Assembly (NCBI GenBank): GCA_003693705.1
Contig: RBZT01000267.1
Coordinates: 62,001 to 126,000 of the forward strand
Origin: Polymyxa betae A26-41
Lineage: Eukaryota; Protista; Endomyxa: Phytomyxea
Length of the DNA: 64,000 nt
Direction: 5' to 3'
A program made the translations under genes and the position numbers. Under the pieces are notes generated by a model that had not been told where the DNA came from, ran no database searches, and worked only from the letters and a program-made list of their open reading frames with translations. This document shows positions 1-12,800 of the stretch, piece by piece; position 1 is the stretch's first letter, and every line of letters begins with the position of its first letter.

Positions 1-514
1 ATCCGATAAGATTTTGACCTCTTCCTACCATTTTGATGTATTAATTGCTTTGCTTCATTTAAATGGAAAACCGAGAACACGTAAGCAGCATAAAACGAGA
101 AAAACGTTTTGCTCTTACCGGATAATTAGACAGATCGTCACTAGCAAGCTCAACAAGAATTGAGACCGTTTGATCGAAATCACCATCGAGGAACTCGAAA
201 ATCCTATGAAGCCGTGCCGAATCAAAATCAGGAAACATCTCCAAGAGCGTTAATTCATTCATTGTCTTTAAAGAGTCGTCATCCACTTCGTCGTCGTTAC
301 CATTGTCAGCGTCGCCCGATTCAATAGCAATCTCGCTAACAGTTGAATGCTCTGATTGTATACCATAAGCCATCAGATCGTCGATAATATCGTTAATGCT
401 GCTAGGTTCGGGAAACGATTCGAATCGAGTCATGATAAGATCGGGCGGTAGATGAGGGAACATGTCGGCGACCATGGCCCGAGCTGTATGATGCTCTAAA
501 TGGTTCTGAGACAT
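1..514 (-). CDS. Tandem CUE-domain (ubiquitin-binding) protein, possibly Cue2/N4BP2-like; 3' part runs off the window
   Basis: ATG at 514 (MSQNHLE). Two CUE-like motifs: 'VADMFPHL..' and 'LLEMFPDFDSARLHRIFEFLDGDFDQTVSILV'. GTAAG donor at 118. Confidence 0.7.
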
Positions 515-977
515 AGAAACAGCGGTGGCACATGAAGACCAATCCCAGTACCGTAATAGTGTAACAGTACGTAGGCCGCCGATCTCACACTCGTTCCGTA
601 ACGTCACATTTAACACTTCGTGCCATTACTGATTCCTCATTAAAGTCTCAGACACAACTTGGATCGAGTTCACGCTTTGGGTAACAGGCTGGTTTCAAGT
701 GTCGGGCATTGACTTTTTGCGTTCCCCACGGGTTCTCCTTTCTCTCTCATTTCCGTCGTTTTTTTTGGTTTCTTCAACTGGGATTATAATATCGCCTTCT
801 TGGAAAAGAAGGCCCGCGACCTTCTTTCCAGTATCTCCGTGGCCCAAGTCTCAAAGACACACCGCCCCCCCCCAAAAAAAAACCAAAAGTACGTAGACGC
901 TGCCCCTGGGCTCATTACAAACAGCACTAACAGTACAGATTAAAGGAGCCACTTTTATAACGTTTTCCTATCTATCT

Positions 978-1528
978 TTAGTTCTCTTTGTATAAGCCGA
1001 ACCATTCGATAGCTTGCTGGACGGTTGTGACGACATGAACCAGGCCAAGTTCATTTGCAATTTCGATCGGGGCCTTGCCATTCGAATCTCGTGCATGCAC
1101 GTTGATACCGGCTGATATGAGGAAGTAGGCGACCTCGACGTGACCTTGGACGCACGCGATGTGCAGGGCGTTCTGCAGTGTTTCGGCGTCTTGGCAGTTG
1201 ATAGATACGCCAGCCTCGATCAAATCTGTTACGGTCTCGCAATCATCGTTTTGCACAGCCTGTATTTCATCAACACACTGAGCTTAAACTCGTGGTTGTC
1301 AGAGACCTCCACACCTGAAATAATGCTATTTCTAATGCTGCTTCAAGATCGATTGTATTGCTGATTGGTTCTACTGCTCCTTCATCGTCGGGTATTTCTT
1401 CCCAAACATCTAAACAGGGCAAGCTTCCGTAAACTTTGGTTTGTTTTCTTGCTAGGCATCGTACCGGAATCTCTAGGGTCACTTTTATACAGTGAAAACA
1501 CCTCTGCTACCTTCGAACGAAACTTCAT
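978..1528 (-). CDS. Small ankyrin-repeat protein (5' exon uncertain)
   Basis: Ankyrin consensus 'NALHIACVQGHVEVAYFLISAGINVHARDSNGKAPIEIA'. Upstream exon(s) in 1310-1528 joined by short GT-AG introns. Confidence 0.75.
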
Positions 1529-1927
1529 TTAAAGGAGAAACTGAGATTTTAAATCAATAGCAGATTTGCTAGATCATTCCCGATCAGGAACAGATTTTTA
1601 TAACCGCTCTGTACTGCAAATTTGAACAGGGAGTTTCCATAGCACGTCATATAAGACTTCTGTAAACCCTCAAGAGACCTTATATGAAGGCATCAATTCA
1701 CAACAATATCGTTGGGGATTTAAAAAGAAAGCCCATGTCGGCCAAATATTCGATTGCGCAGGATCATCGCAAACGTGATAATATTGGCATGTCTGTCACG
1801 CTGTTAGAGTGGTTCGCAGTCCGCTGCTAAATATAGACTTCGAGCTTTTCCAAGTCAGAGAGTGTGTCTGTCATCGTTTCAGAATCAGTTCAAAATAGGC
1901 GTTTCGGGTCACGACGTGATTCTGGCC

Positions 1928-4035
<2,108 letters not shown>

Positions 4036-4229
4036 TCAGCCTCGTCGTCTTCATTGTACATTAATCTAAATAGCAACATCACATAAATACTTGAGATTGT
4101 CGGAGATGTTGCTTTAACATAGAGTTAGGGTCTAGGGGGGGGGAGGGGTTCACCTGTGACGGCAGCCTCGCTTTCTACCGTCGTCTATCCATTCCACTTA
4201 CATAGTGAAGCTTCGCGGGTTCTAGTCAA

Positions 4230-4637
4230 ATGGTGGATTATCGCGCCCAGATCCTTCGCACTCTGGATGAGATGGGGTTGAGTTATTCAGAAGGAACTAT
4301 TGCTGAAGATCGCATTGTTTTCGTGATCACAAATCGAACCATCGAGCAGAAGGTCGTTATCGAGTGGACAGATCGAAATCTGCTTCTTATTAGGAATGTG
4401 GCCATGTTTCTTATGCCGGAGATGGCTCGCATGCCGGTCGCCGAAGTCCTCGTTCGAACCAATTGGACGCTTCCGACCGGCAATTTCGAAATCGACCTGA
4501 ACGACGGCGAGATCCGATTCAAAGCATCTGCGTTCTACCACGAGGTCGACGACATCCGGCCGCTGTTCAAACACCACATGCAGGCGTGCGTCGATTCGTT
4601 CCAAGATGTCCTGCCTAAGTTGCGCCCGCTAGCATAA
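4230..4637 (+). CDS. YbjN-domain protein (bacterial type III-chaperone-like fold), intronless paralog 1
   Basis: 135-aa ORF with the YbjN-family signature 'VAEVLVRTNWTLPTGNFEIDLNDGEIRFK'. Confidence 0.8.
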   Translation: MVDYRAQILRTLDEMGLSYSEGTIAEDRIVFVITNRTIEQKVVIEWTDRNLLLIRNVAMFLMPEMARMPVAEVLVRTNWTLPTGNFEIDLNDGEIRFKASAFYHEVDDIRPLFKHHMQACVDSFQDVLPKLRPLA

Positions 4638-4913
4638 TAAACCTGAATCTGCATTGTCGTCAAGCATCACCAATTAGGAAATGATCAAAGCTGTATAGGA
4701 GTGGCTGCGCCTCGATGCTGTTGTAGACTTATAGAGAGCTGGCAGGATCCCCTTCAATACCAGAATGTAATGTTACGTTCAATCCGATAGACAGAATAAT
4801 GTAATGTTACTAAGTAGAGACAGAAGAGCCAGGCTGCTCCTCTGTACAGTGTCATTCTGTCATCATTCTGTCGATGCTTGCTCGAGATCGCAGCTGTCGC
4901 CGAGCGTAGCGAG

Positions 4914-5414
4914 ATGGAGACAACGTCGCAGTCCAAAGCCGCCATCGTGCGATCCGTTTTGACCGCTATCTCGGTCTCGTACTCCGACCTGAACGATTCG
5001 TTGTTCCGATTCTCGCTGGATGGCCTGCCGTCTTGCATTATTCGGGTTCGCGACCAGGGGATAATCTTCTATTCGCTGTATCCGAATCGAATCGATACAC
5101 AATACAGGAAAGCCGTGGCTGAGTTTCTGGTCCGGGTGAATTTCGCATTGAACTTTGGGAATTTCGAATTTAACTTGGATGATGGGCAAGTTAGGTTCAA
5201 GATGTCAGTTCAAGCTACTCAGGTTGTTATACTGATGAAATATCTTCTTCGAGTCTGGTATCTGATCTCCGTTCAGGCTTTGGATTTAAGCGCCCCATTG
5301 AAATCCTGCTTAATTTTGGCTCAAGAAGTTTACCCTCGATGGGTTTCTGGAATACATCTTGTCTGTCAAGGTGTAAATGCAGAAGAAGCCTATCGAACTT
5401 TGAAAAGGAACTAA
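4914..5414 (+). CDS. YbjN-domain protein, paralog 2 (one probable 54-nt intron, 5223-5276)
   Basis: Signature 'AVAEFLVRVNFALNFGNFEFNLDDGQVRFK' and C-terminal 'WVSGIHLVCQGVNAEEAY'. A GT..CAG insert of 54 nt interrupts the domain in frame. Confidence 0.8.
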   Translation: METTSQSKAAIVRSVLTAISVSYSDLNDSLFRFSLDGLPSCIIRVRDQGIIFYSLYPNRIDTQYRKAVAEFLVRVNFALNFGNFEFNLDDGQVRFKMSVQATQVVILMKYLLRVWYLISVQALDLSAPLKSCLILAQEVYPRWVSGIHLVCQGVNAEEAYRTLKRN

Positions 5415-5771
5415 ATAACATCTGCTGATGTTTAATCGGTGCTGTAATGCTGCCCTTTGAGTATCAGATAGCTTCTTCCGGTTTCGAAATCGAAAATTAT
5501 TGGTCACAACGTTGTTATCAACATTGATCATCATTTTCACCATGCAGAGTATATATTATTATCTTCTTCCTCTGTTATTCCTAGCAACGAATGATTCCGT
5601 ATCATCGTCGTTTGGCGAGGCGTTTACAATCAGAAAGCCAGTCGGTTTCGCACAGACTAGCATGATGGGTTCTATTGTGATCAAAAAATAGCAAACGCCT
5701 TGGCCGCCCGCTCTTCTGTCGATGATCGGTTTGGCGGCCGCCCAAATTAATGCGAAGAAGCAAGTATATTT

Positions 5772-6253
5772 TCATGTTGGATCAATATCAATGACCTGAC
5801 CGACAAGCTGTAGTAGAATCATAGGTCAATACCAATCAGATTCAGATAGCATTAGTGCTTACCTGAATCTCTCTATCATCATCAGAACCACGTGTGTCAG
5901 TACTTCGGCCAATTTTCTGTCTCCATGGGCTCTCCAGTTCAGACACATTGAAATGACTAGGCTGATCTGAAGCTTTATATTTCGAAAACAATGCTGGGGA
6001 GGCAATAAATCAGCACGGTTCTGGGATATCATGACATTTTACCTTGAATGTTCTGCTCAGGTTTGATATCGATTGTAGTGATTTGGTCACTTGCCTCTTC
6101 TAAAGCCTTCCCATCGTCTGCCTGAACTAGAACAGTTTTCTCAATAGGAGTATCATCTTCTTTCTCTGCAGGGCCATTCTCCGGAATATCAGCTAAATTA
6201 TCGATGTGGATTGCGTCGTTGGTCTGAACTGGGGCACTGTGCCAACATCCCAT
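5772..6253 (-). CDS. Small acidic protein with N-terminal dual-acylation motif (MGCWHS); 3 exons predicted
   Basis: ATG at 6253. G2/C3/S6 fits the myristoylation plus palmitoylation consensus. Two GT-AG introns restore an open frame to TGA at 5772. Confidence 0.55.
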
Positions 6254-6483
6254 AGAACAGATAGTGATACGATCGTCTTTGTACTTCGCCACTATCGTAA
6301 GAATTATTCTTAGGATTAGTTGATTCGAGACCCTGTAAAAGAACTCTCGAAACATGAGTGGTAGAGCATCCTACTCTGTAACCCAATTCCAGCCCTTTAT
6401 TAAATGGATGCCTTTGTTCAGATCAAACGCAACAAGAGAACTGCGGTTATGGCAAGCAACTGAGCGTGGACTTGGGCTCCCAC

Positions 6484-6870
6484 ATGGTCGTTTCTCCAAA
6501 AGATCAGAAAAGCGATAACACCGAAGAGCAAGACAAGAATGATATCAAGAAATCGCTTCCGGAGATCACTTCTCCCACCATATTGCTCGAAGTGCTACCA
6601 GAAGATTCTGAGATGGTATTATGCAAGAGACATAATCCGGAATCTTTGAGGGCAATTCTGCCTGACAGAGAAGCCAGATGTCGCTCGTGTTCGGATATGG
6701 TGAGAACCCGGCGGGTTCAGTTCATTCTCTGTCGAAGATGCGCTGTTATCTCAAACAGATGCTCCTGTTGTGCTCAACATCTGATTCAAGCTGACAATCC
6801 TGAACAGCAGCTGTTATTTCTCAATCATTCGCTTCAGCCAGACTACGTTGTAGTCGATAAAATTGGCTAA
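6484..6870 (+). CDS. Cys-rich zinc-binding protein with CRIPT-like ligand spacing
   Basis: Single-exon ORF with CKRH ... CRSC ... CRRCA ... CSCC, a pattern resembling CRIPT. Confidence 0.5.
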   Translation: MVVSPKDQKSDNTEEQDKNDIKKSLPEITSPTILLEVLPEDSEMVLCKRHNPESLRAILPDREARCRSCSDMVRTRRVQFILCRRCAVISNRCSCCAQHLIQADNPEQQLLFLNHSLQPDYVVVDKIG

Positions 6871-6895
6871 ATTAGACTATCCCTTTATGGCTAGT

Positions 6896-9800
6896 TTATT
6901 CTAAGACTTGTGAATACCGCCGCCGTTGATCAACAGGCGCCAGCATTTCTTCAAGACGATCAATCTGCTCTGCAATAGCAGGTGCTTGTGAATTTGTTAG
7001 ACGAAGTGGTTGCCTAGAGGCATACCAGCGCCTCAGCGTGCTGATAACTTCAGGAGCTGTAGCTGCCGGACGCCCCAGTATGATGGCTACAGCCGAATCG
7101 GAATTATGCGAGCTAGGATCTACAATTGCCAAATGATGATGGATAGAAACGGTATGCACACGATCGTCGACAGCGAGTACGTCTAGTACGTGTTGGTTGT
7201 CGCTGATCTCAACGTACGCGACAGAATCGAGGTCGTGACTGTTGAGCAGAGATTGTGATTGTGACGATAGGATAATCTTATCCCCATATACTGCACCAAG
7301 TTGAGTGCCATGATTACACCTATTTTGACAAACTTACAATGGATTTGCATATACCAAAACCTTTCACGAAGCGAATCCAGTAGTCCAATTCGAAATGCAA
7401 ACGTAATGGATCCTTCCTTACTGGCTTGTAGAAGCATCCCGATAGTGAGTTCCTCATCAGAAGCCACATGAAAATCATCTGAAAGCCAATTAACCATTAC
7501 CATTAAAAGGAAGCGCAATTTACAAGGCCTGAATTTAATCCATCCAGAATCGAAGCTTATTGTATCAACAGGATGGGCTGAATTAGCATCCATGATACAG
7601 CAATGGACAGGGACAGTACCCGTGTTCTTGATACTGAACGATGATTGCTCAACGCGCTGATGCGGAACACGTCCCAACTAAAAACTCATTCAGAACGTCA
7701 TCATGAGGAGCGACGCTGTCCAGAACCTTGAGCGCTCCTTTCGAAAACTCTAGTTGCATTATCCCTGATCTTCCAACACATAACAATTCTGCCAATGGCT
7801 CTGGCCATCCTTCGTGAAAAAATTTGTAGGTGCAATGTTCGGCAAGAACAGCTGATTTGGCTTTCTTTTTCAGCTTGGGAGAGAACACAACGCGAACCGT
7901 TGTGAAGTGCCCAGGATTCAATATAAGCGGTTTGTCGCTTTCAGCTTGGATTGATATCGAAAATTCCGGATGTGAATCCGGACAGGAAACCGTTAATGGT
8001 AGAGGACATGGATTTGTTAGAATGAGAGAACTATCATACCATGTCAACTGATCAAAAGTTGTATACTGTTCCGGTTACCGTTGGACAGGATACTCTTGAG
8101 CAACAATTCCAAATTCAAGCTTATTTTGTGATAATTTAACATGTGGATAGAATGCTTCGCCAGAAACTGGAAGATCGAAGGTGCCCATTTCGGTTTGCAG
8201 ATGCAGCATATGGGAGTAATTTCCAGGCTCTCGTGCAACGAATTGTATTTGGATTTCTTTCGTGTCGCCAACTCCAAACTGAAGCTCAGCTTCCGCTAAA
8301 CAGCAACAAACTCAGATACCGCATCTCAACCTGATAACAGCATACCAAGATCAGGGGGTAATGCAAATGGCGACCTATCTCGATCCCAGCGAAGTTTACA
8401 GTTGACGGGAATGTTGGCCACGCTTGTCAGCTTCAGTGTTTGCGACTCGATACGTGAAATGCCGATCAGCAACGGATTGAATTTAATAGGGACCAATTCT
8501 GCAGCATTGAAGCAGTAATCTCGACATTTAACGTTGCAATCAATCCGGATCGGATCGAATAAATTTGCATACGATGTGCAGATAATTTCCAACATGTTGT
8601 GGTGTGCTTGTAACTCAGCGTCACTATCGAAGGGTGATAATGAATAAAAAGTCATTGTGATCTCAACTTCTCCTATGGAAACAGCAATTAAGTAAAAGGA
8701 TTAGCTCATTCAATCAGTTGTTGACCATGACTCGGTACTGTGCCAGAATTAGGAGAGCATGACAATCTCGGATCTGATGAAGTCAGCTGGAATGGGAGAG
8801 GGAATTCAGCATCATTGGTGATTGAAACACGCTCAACAACAGGACGTCCCACAAGCGTTTCTTCAAATGAGATGTATGCTGATGTTAACTGCAAAGCCTT
8901 TACATTGATGGAATACTGAACTTCAATTTGATCGGAGCCATTAGGAAGTGAGCGCATATAGAGCATTTTCGCTATACGAGCAGTGAGCACTATATATTGG
9001 GTTTGGACAGAATCTTACACCCGACTATTGGCTTGGCATAAGCTGGTAGTGGGTATTTGATAGCTTCAGAAGGACATAGAACTGCAAGTGAATCCATGAC
9101 AGATTCGACAAACGAACGTGGATTGAGAGCAGCATGGACAGCAATCGCAGGGAATCGAGTACAGTCGGAAGAGGAAGGTGGAAGTGTAAATAGGGGGGAT
9201 TCCAGTTCCAGCAAAACGCCTTGATCAACATTGCCCCAGATACAATCGTCCCCGGAAACGACTTCGAACGAATTCTGAAACCAATTCTCACCCACATCAT
9301 CGAAAAGCAAACAAAGAACGAGCCTACATTTTCTGGATCCTCAGAATCGTCCTCTCCTTCATCGGTTGGAAGATGGGTTAAGTGCCTAGCAGAATTCGGT
9401 TCAAACGATAACCTGATGCTGGTTAGGAGATATTATATCTGTAGAGAGCATTTGACAAAACCTGATTGGATGCTCTTCGTCGCAGTTGTTGAGTACTGTT
9501 AATGCAGCAGTCCGAGTGGTTCCCAAGTTTATGCAGCCCAAATCTATATTTCGAGGGACACCACTGATTGCGAAAGTAGACGAGGAACCGGAAATGTTTG
9601 CAGCAAAGGAATCATTCGATTTCAATGCCCTAACTGTCAGGAGGATCGAGAATTCCCCAATCGACTCGGGACGAAACCTAACGAAATATAATTTGGATGA
9701 CAAGGCCGGTAAAGGTTCAGCTTGGAATGGCGTTGATAATCTAAATTTGAGATGTAAAATACGATGAGTAACTAGCACATATCCCTACAATTGCTTTTCA

Positions 9801-12800
9801 GAATCTGTCAGAGCGAAAGTCGATACATTATCAACATTGCAATGGCTGAAATCGATCGAATAATCCAAGCGTCCATGACCAGTGTTGTTAACTTCTAAAC
9901 AACAAAATCTGCAATGGCTTCTTCTCAGTACGAAATCGCCAACAGTCAAAGAGGGATACCCGGGACGGCCGCCTAATCGGTATTTCCCGAATTGGATGCA
10001 GTTTGGACGCGCAACACGCCCCCGTCCTAGCACAACATTCATCTGTGGTACACCAACAGCAGCACGTAATTTGATAGTCGCATCGACGATGTCGACAGTC
10101 AAATTGCGAAGAATTAGATCCACCTGCATCCAAGTATGAGCAGTAAGCAATGGGAACTCCCGATCTGGGGACAACCTCTTGAAATGCATCGGGGCGAACA
10201 GATTCCAACGCTTGAAAGACGATTTCAAAACCTTGCTCTGCGTGATGTTCGATTGCACCCTGAATGGGAGATATGCTCCAGCACTGCATAGACTCTGGAC
10301 TTGACCGTCCTTGCAATTGCCATTCGTATCGTAATCCATTATTTGTCGTATTAATCAATCGTCTAGAAACTGCCATCGATTCACCAATTGTGATATATCC
10401 TATCTCGGTGTTAATCCAGCTTTATACGATTCCATTTCCATTAAATACCAAAATCGATATCCGTTCCGTTGTCAATACTTAGCGACATTACGCAGGCCTT
10501 TGCAGACACAAATACCTGGATATCTTCAGCCGGAGAGATAAAGACCATATTTATCGAACCTGTTTAGCTGGCAGTATATGGTTTGACACACGAGGCTGTA
10601 TAACGATAAAGTCGTCCTGAAGCGTGATCGGTGCCGAAGAGCAGAATCTGACGACCACATCGACACTGTCTCCAATCCCGAGTTCCAACGTTATTGACTG
10701 CTTTTCCTGATTGTCGTGCAGAAACGCGAACCTGATAAAAATTAGTTGCTGAAGGTCTGATGTTAAGAGCACACAGTACACGTCTTGCACAAGCTCGGAA
10801 CGACGAAACGAAATCTCAAAGATGGCTTGGATATCGCCAGTGTTTGAGATAATCAGAGACGATTGTGATACTCGATTGATGGGTGCATCACCGAAATTGA
10901 CTTCGCCGTCCAACAAGAATTCGAATTTGCATCCAATCGCTTTAATGGGAATATAGTATACCCCAACGTCACTGCGAATTTCAACCGTTCCTTCAAAATT
11001 ACCGACACGATTAAGAAAGAGGCAAATTGGAATTTTTTTCGACGTGCCCGCCTAAAAAGAATTATTTTGGGGCCGTAATAGACAGCAATTTACCTACATC
11101 GATGGCATGAATCGATTTGGGGTTGTCGGCGAAGCGAATACAATCCGGATCAGAGCAGCGGATTTGGAAATCCATGGACAGCGAGCCAGTATTGATGCAT
11201 TCAACCTCAGCCCAGTACTCTTCTGCAATCAGAATATTGCCAAACTCCAAAGAGTTCGTCGAAGGAGGGGGAAATTGTAATTCTAGCTGGGCACTTCCTG
11301 CACGACCAGATACGGGAACGGTCATAGCTTGGCCAGACCAGTTCACTTTGACCTGTTCACCTTAATCATGACTACGAGCAATCATTGCACACAGTTCCCT
11401 ACAAAAAACATGGCGGGAAAATCCGACCAGGCAACGTCTGGACGAAACTGAACTTCCACAATGTTATAGGAACCAGCACTAACGACCCCTCTTTGATTTA
11501 ATAGAGTAAACGGACAGGTTTGAGTGCTGGGAACGGCCGCCGAGAATTCAGCTGAGACATAATGCCCTTCAATTGCCTGCACATGTATTTGAAAGCGAAT
11601 CCAGATGCATCCAACCCCTCAACATACAGCTTTCATTTTTTTCTGTTCCAGAGCGTCCTGATATTCGCGAATCGCGACAAGATCTTCTTCTATTGTACAG
11701 CTGTAGTCGAAAGAGAAGCGTCCAGGACTCGATAGCTTTAACGGTAGTGAGTGCACAACCCCAATCTGTCTGCGCCCGAACTCAAGAGCAGATGTATCGC
11801 ATTCCAATAATCGGTCCTCTACAACGACCCGAAAACAGATCGGAATATGAGTTTTCCATGTCGGTGATTCGATAGCCAGTTGACGTTGATGTAAACCGCG
11901 AATTGTGGGAGCTGCACGAATCGATATCGGTTGGGTCTGGTCAGTGAGCAGATGGCCTCCGTCTGGAGTGCAGGAAAAGATTCCGGATGAAGTTGAGGCG
12001 TTATCAATACAATTGGGATCATCTACAATTTCAAAATCGCATTCCATGTTTCCTCGATTAACCACCGAAATCGACCAATCATTGACGCAAAAGCTATGCA
12101 CCAGCACGAGGCCGAAAGAAATCACGGTGGATTCTGCTGCATCGACTTGGTTATTCAGGATAAAATTGATATGCGTATCATCAGTCCATGACGTCAGTTC
12201 AGCCTGATTGTCTATTACAAACAGCCATAAATCCACCACAGTGACATCACCTGTTTAGGAGAGCGATGCTCCTGATGTACGATGAGTTGGAGATCAGCGC
12301 TTCCTCCAATAAACGAAATCGATCCGGAAATGCAGTCCATCGGAACGTAGTCAGTCCCAACCAGCAATCCGCTCGCGATCGAGAACACAGTCGAGTATAA
12401 TTTTCGTGATTCCAAAGGGGTACAAAGGAAATCCAGACGAGATGTCTAAGACCACATCACTATCAGTATATTCATTCGAATGAGTAAGGAACCCACCTGA
12501 TCAGGCTCCATTTGGCGAAACCAATCTCGAACAGAGAATCCGTCGGCGGCTAGAGGTTGCGTTATTGAGCGATATAATTGCTCGAATTCCAGTCGTTCAT
12601 CCTCGTTTATTTGGCTATCGGATTGCAACCTGGAGGCAGCAGAAATTGCTGCGGCACGAGCGTGTAATTCCTGTGAACTGTCAAAATATTGTGGAGTTGT
12701 GAATAAGTTCGAACGATTCTTACTTGTTCAGAAGAATCCCCTAATGCAACCAGAACCGTAATCGAGTTACGTCCAGCGTTGTGTAAACTTAGCTGATGTG

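Noticed and set aside
4124-4135. TTAGGG as a telomeric or interstitial telomeric repeat
   Set aside because: Only one exact unit and no tandem array.
4230-5414. Bacterial contamination as the source of the YbjN genes
   Set aside because: They are contiguous with intron-rich eukaryotic genes, show no obvious composition break, and one copy has a probable spliceosomal intron. Long-read confirmation is still advisable.
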